Shown here: positions 58,647-64,000 of the stretch, in pieces
Layout of the letters: each line of letters opens with the position of its first letter
Position numbering within the stretch: the stretch's first letter is position 1
Source: a virus
Lineage: Duplodnaviria > Caudoviricetes
Length of the DNA: 64,000 nucleotides
IMG/VR virus record: IMGVR_UViG_3300027374_000001
Strand: one strand, 5' to 3'
The notes under the pieces: model-generated
What the model was told of the DNA's origin: nothing
Database searches by the model: none
The model's input: only the letters and a program-made list of their open reading frames with translations
Made by a program: the position numbers and the translations under genes

Positions 58647-58663
58647 TATATTATAGATATGAT
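58647..58663 (+). promoter_or_regulatory. early-type promoter TATATTATA-N4-TGAT
   Basis: Motif match on the plus strand. Confidence 0.65.
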
Positions 58664-59114
58664 AAAGACTTATTCTAAATACCTTTTCATATAAAACTGA
58701 TTGAATCAGAAATGCTAAATCCAATTACAAAATGTGATTTATCATGTATACACCTCCCCAAATGTACGTTGCCGTTTGGCGTTAAAAAATACAGAAGATT
58801 ACAGGAGGGACGCCATGATAAATTTTGCAAAGGTAGTTGCCGGGGCTATACCGGTCATTACAACTTTAGCATCAATATTACTAAAAGAATCAGACGAGAG
58901 AAGAGATACAATTTCTGTAAAAGAAAAAGCGCCGCCTATGCAGGTTTCACCACCAATACAGCAAAAACAAATTCAACCATTGGTGCCTCAGGATATCAAT
59001 TTAACAGTAAATGTGAATATTAAATTGCCAGATTTTGATAACAAAACTGGTGATTTTTTAACGAGAGGTATGCGTTATTATCCCTGATTAGGGATATCTA
59101 GAATAAGTCTTTAT
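58662..59114. repeat. 16-bp perfect inverted repeat bracketing a small gene
   Basis: ATAAAGACTTATTCTA (58662-58677) and TAGAATAAGTCTTTAT (59099-59114), extendable to about 20 bp with one mismatch. Confidence 0.85.
58815..59087 (+). CDS. small protein (90 aa) with N-terminal hydrophobic helix and C-terminal RGMRY
   Basis: AGGAGG SD before ATG 58815; MINFAKVVAGAIPVITTLASILLK... Confidence 0.7.
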   Translation: MINFAKVVAGAIPVITTLASILLKESDERRDTISVKEKAPPMQVSPPIQQKQIQPLVPQDINLTVNVNIKLPDFDNKTGDFLTRGMRYYP

Positions 59115-59167
59115 TTTTTATTTTTTAACATCGAGATAAATCTTATAAGGAAGGAAGGGAACATATC

Positions 59168-60814
59168 ATGGGATTTGAAACAGTTCATGAAACAGTAGTA
59201 AGTGATGTATTGGATATCATAAAAGATGGTATTCATACAGCTTCGGATCTAATGAATAAACCTGGTGATGTGGGAAGGGCAAGGTCTCTTACTAAGTATA
59301 CAAAGGGATTAATATTAGTATTCCCAGTAGCAGCAAGTAAAAGCAATCATATTGAATCGGTAGGTATAGTAGCTAAAGCAATAGAACAAAAGGCGGTAAC
59401 ACTGTTACAGTTAGCCTTTTCTGCTGCTAATATTACTACAGTAAAATCTGGTATTGACTATCTTCAACAATTTCATACTAATTTAGATTTTGATAAAATG
59501 AGCTTAGATTCATTTATTGATCTTATGGATGGAATGGTTGATGAATCTACAATTTCCGCAGATGCGTATAGTCAATACAGAACAGTTACTGAAGATTTAA
59601 GAAATATATCTTATACTCTTAATAATGAGATAAATGAGTCATTCTCACTTAATCAGTATAGTATAGTAAAACCTGACTATGCTAGAGATGGATATACCAT
59701 TCTTAAAGAAGCTGATTATGATAGTATAGTGAAAAATCAGAAAAAGATTAAAGATGATGATGGATATTGGGACGATATTCGTAAAGGTTTGTATGATTCT
59801 AGGCTCAACCCGTCTAGGGTTAATCCTTCTACTGGAATAGATGCAGTTGCAATGAATACTGCCAATGCTGATTTAGAAAAGCTCAAGTCTACGTATAGAA
59901 GCTCTAAGTCTAGTGAATTAGATGAGCTTTTAAAAGCTGCTAATATGGCAGAAAAAGATGCTCAATTTTTAAAAACTTATTTGCAAAACAGTGAGAAATT
60001 AAAAAATGATAAAAGAAAAACTGATATTGATGCAGAAAAGTTTTTACATCAAAAGAAGAAAGATCTGAAAGACGACGAGTATCGTACAAAACGGGATGAA
60101 ATTATGGATGCTGAAAGAGAGCGTCAGGCTCGTCTTGATCTTATGAGAAATAATCTCGTTGCTAACGACGTAAGAAAAGCTAATGAACTTGTCCCTACCA
60201 TGATGATAGTAAATTTTAAAGTTCTTGATGGAGATGCTGGAGAAGTTAATCGTCAGATGGTAATTGGAGTTAAAGCAAAGATATACGAGATAGAGCCTTC
60301 TGATATGGTAAACAAGATAGTTACAAAACACGTGGATAGTAATGTACTTCTTAAGCTTGTTAAGGTTGGTACAAGAGAAATTAGTTTTGTTAAAGATTTC
60401 TTACTTGCTATTAACGATGCTAAGATTGATGCTCTTTCCAAATCAAGAAGAGGGTCTTCTAACAAACTTTTTAAAGTTCTTGAAAGAAGATCTTTAAAAG
60501 GTAAAATCGGCAGAAGTCTTAAATCTAAAGATTACTTTAAGGCTATAACAACTCTTGTTATTTCTCAAGAGGAAGCGGAAGAACTTCTTAAAAACAATGT
60601 GAACGTGTCCGATGTAAATACCATTCGTCCTATAATGGAAAAGCTCAATATTATGTGCTTTGTGATTATTGATGAATCTGCAGAAGCGGCAAGGTTTATC
60701 TTTGACACTGGAGATGACACATATGAAACTATTCCATTTACTCAGTTGGAACGTGAACAGAAGGATGGAATGTCTCGTAAAGTAATTAATCTTATAGCAA
60801 AGATGAATAGATAG
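59168..60814 (+). CDS. putative head/virion protein (548 aa)
   Basis: AAGGAAGG SD; AACA-N6-TA at 59127-59138; structural-gene context. Confidence 0.6.
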   Translation: MGFETVHETVVSDVLDIIKDGIHTASDLMNKPGDVGRARSLTKYTKGLILVFPVAASKSNHIESVGIVAKAIEQKAVTLLQLAFSAANITTVKSGIDYLQQFHTNLDFDKMSLDSFIDLMDGMVDESTISADAYSQYRTVTEDLRNISYTLNNEINESFSLNQYSIVKPDYARDGYTILKEADYDSIVKNQKKIKDDDGYWDDIRKGLYDSRLNPSRVNPSTGIDAVAMNTANADLEKLKSTYRSSKSSELDELLKAANMAEKDAQFLKTYLQNSEKLKNDKRKTDIDAEKFLHQKKKDLKDDEYRTKRDEIMDAERERQARLDLMRNNLVANDVRKANELVPTMMIVNFKVLDGDAGEVNRQMVIGVKAKIYEIEPSDMVNKIVTKHVDSNVLLKLVKVGTREISFVKDFLLAINDAKIDALSKSRRGSSNKLFKVLERRSLKGKIGRSLKSKDYFKAITTLVISQEEAEELLKNNVNVSDVNTIRPIMEKLNIMCFVIIDESAEAARFIFDTGDDTYETIPFTQLEREQKDGMSRKVINLIAKMNR

Positions 60815-60827
60815 AGGGGGTGAAAAA

Positions 60828-61880
60828 ATGGTAAAAACCGTTTGCGATGCTTTATTTGAATATTATGATATGAATTCTACTCCTACACGGAGGCATATAC
60901 TTGCTCTTGACGAATCCGGAAAAGATGAGTTAGCCGCAGCGTTAGCATCTAAATTATATGGGATGATTGTTAAACGAATAGAAGACATAGACTATGGTTC
61001 AATTCCAGCCTCTAAAGGAGATATTACTAAAGTAGAAAATTTTAGTGAACTTAAAGAGTGTGTGGATACAATAGAAGAACTTCTTAGCCATTTCAATCAG
61101 CCAGCAACTCAAGTAGGAACTATTAATACAGCAATTGCCAATATGGAGTCTAGTAAAAAGACATGGCAGAAGGCTTTCAACATAGGAGCAGAGATACCAT
61201 GTGCATTTTACAATAACGTCGTATTAGCTATTATTTCTGGAGTGTCATTATTGATATCTGCATCTATAGAGTTCATTAAGGAACCTGGAGATAAACAGTT
61301 CGCATTAAGCTTCGACAGAGCGGGTTATTCTAAGACCAAAGACAAATTGTTATTTTCTAATCTTGAGAAATTTAACAAGAGTTTTGCTAAGGGAGAAATT
61401 GTAAAATTAATGGATAACCTCAACAAATCTCAAGCAAATATTGGAGAAAGCGCATTATATGCTGGAGAGGTGATGACGGAGTCTATTGCTCTGACTACCA
61501 TAGTAGCAGGTATAGGATTCGTTGGTGGCGTGGTAGTTTTATTAACCTGCGTAGTTCCTATTTTGCATGAACTCACATGTTTCTTCTATTCTTGTAAGCA
61601 AAACACTTCTGACTATTTTGCTTTGCAGCATCAATTGGTATTATTTAATGCTGAGCAGTTAAAGTATAATTATACTAAGTCAGATGCTGAGATAAAGAAG
61701 ATTTATGATAAACAGGTTAAGATAGCTGAGTTTTTTAAGAAGATCAGTAATAAATTTGCTGTTAAGGTAAATAAAGCTGAAAACGATGCTGCTAAGCTTA
61801 TAAAGAAGGAAAGCTCGGAGAAAATTACTATTCCCGATGAAGGAATCAGTAATACTATACAAGGATCAAGTATATTTTAA
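60828..61880 (+). CDS. putative virion protein with hydrophobic segments (350 aa)
   Basis: GAGGGGGTG SD; two hydrophobic stretches. Confidence 0.6.
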   Translation: MVKTVCDALFEYYDMNSTPTRRHILALDESGKDELAAALASKLYGMIVKRIEDIDYGSIPASKGDITKVENFSELKECVDTIEELLSHFNQPATQVGTINTAIANMESSKKTWQKAFNIGAEIPCAFYNNVVLAIISGVSLLISASIEFIKEPGDKQFALSFDRAGYSKTKDKLLFSNLEKFNKSFAKGEIVKLMDNLNKSQANIGESALYAGEVMTESIALTTIVAGIGFVGGVVVLLTCVVPILHELTCFFYSCKQNTSDYFALQHQLVLFNAEQLKYNYTKSDAEIKKIYDKQVKIAEFFKKISNKFAVKVNKAENDAAKLIKKESSEKITIPDEGISNTIQGSSIF

Positions 61881-61996
61881 CCAGTTTAGACATAGTTAGA
61901 TAAACATAATAAGTAATACAAATACACTTGGAACTAAATAACCGTGGGTTTGTATGAAACAAAAATATCAAACCAAAAATAAAGGAGGATTTTATA

Positions 61997-63079
61997 ATGG
62001 AATTCGGAAATATGGAAGAACTTATTTTCGGCGAAAGTAGCGAACTGTTTTTCGATGAGAATGCCGGAGAAGAGATATCTGATGAAGAACTGAATGAGTT
62101 CGGTATTATTGAAACCGGAGAAGAGCCGGAAGTTGCTGGATATGCCATTGCTCTTGAAAACGAGCAGAATTTCAACGCTATCATGAATGCAATGATGGTT
62201 AAAGAATATGCTTGTCTTGAGAGCACGGGGACAGAGCTGGTGTATACGGAAGGAGCAATCGGTGACTTTTTCGAAGCTGTTAAAACTACTATTAAAAGAT
62301 GGTGGGGAAAGTTTGCAGAAATGATCAAAAAGGCCCAGGATAAAATTATCAAGTATACTAGAGAAAATGGTGCTTTCGTTAAAAAGTATAAAGGTAAAGA
62401 CATGAAAGCTCCGTCACAAGGTACTATGGATGTAGAAGGTTATACATATTCTAATCTGCAAAGATCTGGCCCTACACTCATTAGTGTTGTTGCTGAAACT
62501 TACAGAATTCGCGGTAGCAAATTCTTGAGTGATCTTAACGCAGATAGCAGTGAAAAAATAGAAGAGGTCAAGACGGCGATCGAAGATTATGTTGAAAAGT
62601 TCGATGACGGCTTAAAGGAAAAATTGAATGCAAAAGCCGGAACTAAAGATAAAGCTTTGGCTGAGGCCGTAAAGGCATATTACAGAGGCAAGAAGCAGAA
62701 AATTACGGTAAAAGGATTTAAGGATCTTATCAAAGAAATGGATCAGGCTGCAGAAATTAGAAAGCATTTAAAGAATGATTATGATGCTGCAAAGAAGGCA
62801 TCTAAGGAACTGCTTAAATCCGTTCATACTATGCAAAAGTCTTGTGATCGAAAAGACGATACAGAAAAGGCAAGATTGGCTGCAACCAAACCTCTTGTAT
62901 CTCTCTTAAAGAAGACCATGAATGCAATGGGAAAAGTGCAGAGTGTGTCTATACAGGTTTACTATGAAAAATGTAAGGCTGATCGGGCTATGGCTATGTG
63001 GATTATAAATCACCAGCCGAAGAAAGCAACAAAAGAATCTACAGTAGAAAACGAGGGGCTTGGAATTGTTTTAGTGTAA
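61997..63079 (+). CDS. putative internal head protein with acidic pro-region (360 aa)
   Basis: AAGGAGG SD; Glu-rich N-terminus followed by a Lys-rich helical body. Confidence 0.55.
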   Translation: MEFGNMEELIFGESSELFFDENAGEEISDEELNEFGIIETGEEPEVAGYAIALENEQNFNAIMNAMMVKEYACLESTGTELVYTEGAIGDFFEAVKTTIKRWWGKFAEMIKKAQDKIIKYTRENGAFVKKYKGKDMKAPSQGTMDVEGYTYSNLQRSGPTLISVVAETYRIRGSKFLSDLNADSSEKIEEVKTAIEDYVEKFDDGLKEKLNAKAGTKDKALAEAVKAYYRGKKQKITVKGFKDLIKEMDQAAEIRKHLKNDYDAAKKASKELLKSVHTMQKSCDRKDDTEKARLAATKPLVSLLKKTMNAMGKVQSVSIQVYYEKCKADRAMAMWIINHQPKKATKESTVENEGLGIVLV

Positions 63080-63091
63080 ATCTAAGTAGCA

Positions 63092-63117
63092 TAAGGGAGG
63101 ACTTCGGTCCTCCCTTA
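63092..63117 (+). terminator. hairpin with cUUCGg tetraloop
   Basis: TAAGGGAGGAC-TTCG-GTCCTCCCTTA; weak U-tract. Confidence 0.7.
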
Positions 63118-63150
63118 AAATTTGTTAAGCAAGTTTAGGAGGTTTGCAAA

Positions 63151-64000
63151 GTGAGTAATACATTTAATTTTAAATATCTTACAGAAAATAGTTCTAATCT
63201 TGAGTCTAAGATGATAAAGGGTGTAGCGAGAGAGATGTATCTTAACGCCGCTATTGCATCCCTCCGGAAATTGAATACCTTTGTCACCGAATCTACCAAG
63301 AGTTTATATTCTCAAATATTAGAAGCAGAATCTAAAGAAGATGAGAATAAACTATTTGCTGATTACTTTGGTCAGTTTAAAGATGTTTTTGATAAGTTTA
63401 AAGGTCGAATTGAAGAAATGGAACAAAGGTCAGCCATGGCTATCGAAACGCTCGGTTCAGCAAATTCAGATTTGATTGATTCTGACCAATATATATCTGG
63501 GTTTGAAGGGTTATTCTCATATTCTGGATGGAAATTTAAAAATCTTTCAGATACACTACCGAAAGTAGAATTAAGAACGTGTTTTCAGAGAGATTTTGAT
63601 ACCCTTGGTAGGGTTATGCAAGACGAAGGTATTAAAGCTTCTCCTATAGAAAGAGTAAAGATTATAGCACAAGTATGTAACGATTTCTGTAAGAATTCTA
63701 AGCATTGGTATAAGAAAGTAACAAAGGACATTCTTGGAGAGGATTGTGAAGAGTGCTGTGATACTTCTTTTACAGAATTTCTTTATTCTTATTTTAGAGA
63801 GAAGGAAGAATTTGAAGTTAATAAGGGTACCCTTTACAAGTGTAAGGATGAACTTAACAATATAGAAGAATATAAGATATCTATTTATCAAATGTGTGAT
63901 CGTCTTATAGAAGATATAGATTTCATATCTTATGAAATTTCATCTTATCTGTTTAGAAATAAAGATAACACTCTCAAGATAAAAACTCCAACAGATGGGG
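63151..64000 (+). CDS. hypothetical (probably virion) protein, truncated by window end
   Basis: GTG start behind AGGAGG; the frame (MSNTFNFKYLTENSSNLES...) is open to 64000; missing from the ORF track because it has no stop. Confidence 0.8.
   Translation, partial: MSNTFNFKYLTENSSNLESKMIKGVAREMYLNAAIASLRKLNTFVTESTKSLYSQILEAESKEDENKLFADYFGQFKDVFDKFKGRIEEMEQRSAMAIETLGSANSDLIDSDQYISGFEGLFSYSGWKFKNLSDTLPKVELRTCFQRDFDTLGRVMQDEGIKASPIERVKIIAQVCNDFCKNSKHWYKKVTKDILGEDCEECCDTSFTEFLYSYFREKEEFEVNKGTLYKCKDELNNIEEYKISIYQMCDRLIEDIDFISYEISSYLFRNKDNTLKIKTPTDG

Noticed and set aside
58712-59023. Alternative 103-aa ORF, and the 58734 start of the 117-aa ORF
   Set aside because: No SD; the ATG at 58815 has a clear AGGAGG.
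1-64000. Stop-codon reassignment
   Set aside because: Long genes read through in the standard bacterial code with dense packing, and TAA, TAG and TGA all end genes.

Overview
AT-rich 64 kb segment of a jumbo phage genome of the phiKZ/AR9 (PBS1)-type, probably infecting a Gram-positive host (strong AGGAGG Shine-Dalgarno sites, cell-wall hydrolase domains). It encodes three multisubunit RNA polymerase chains (beta' N/middle part with ADFDGD, beta' C part, a 1.6k-aa beta), a 4165-aa tail protein ending in C39-peptidase, tail-lysozyme and NlpC/P60 domains, baseplate/tube/head proteins, RNase H, RusA, MazG-like, MazF-like, HNH-like and kinase-like proteins. Two promoter classes recur: early-type YATATTATA-N4-TGAW and late-type AAC[AT]-N6-TA. 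The standout feature is a non-coding dual-repeat array at about 37035-37608. It has about 14 units of 38 bp in which two conserved motifs (AGATTCAT and AGATTAwAAT) alternate with unique 10-nt spacers, and it lies between an early-type promoter and a terminator on the minus strand. A shorter degenerate copy at about 6754-6920 ends an operon led by a MazF-like/HTH gene. The architecture resembles TIGR guide-RNA arrays, but the motifs and period differ and no Nop-domain gene is recognisable in the window. A second unusual signal is a C-terminal RGM[IVR]Y motif shared by four unrelated proteins. All calls come from reading the sequence by eye; no database searches were run.
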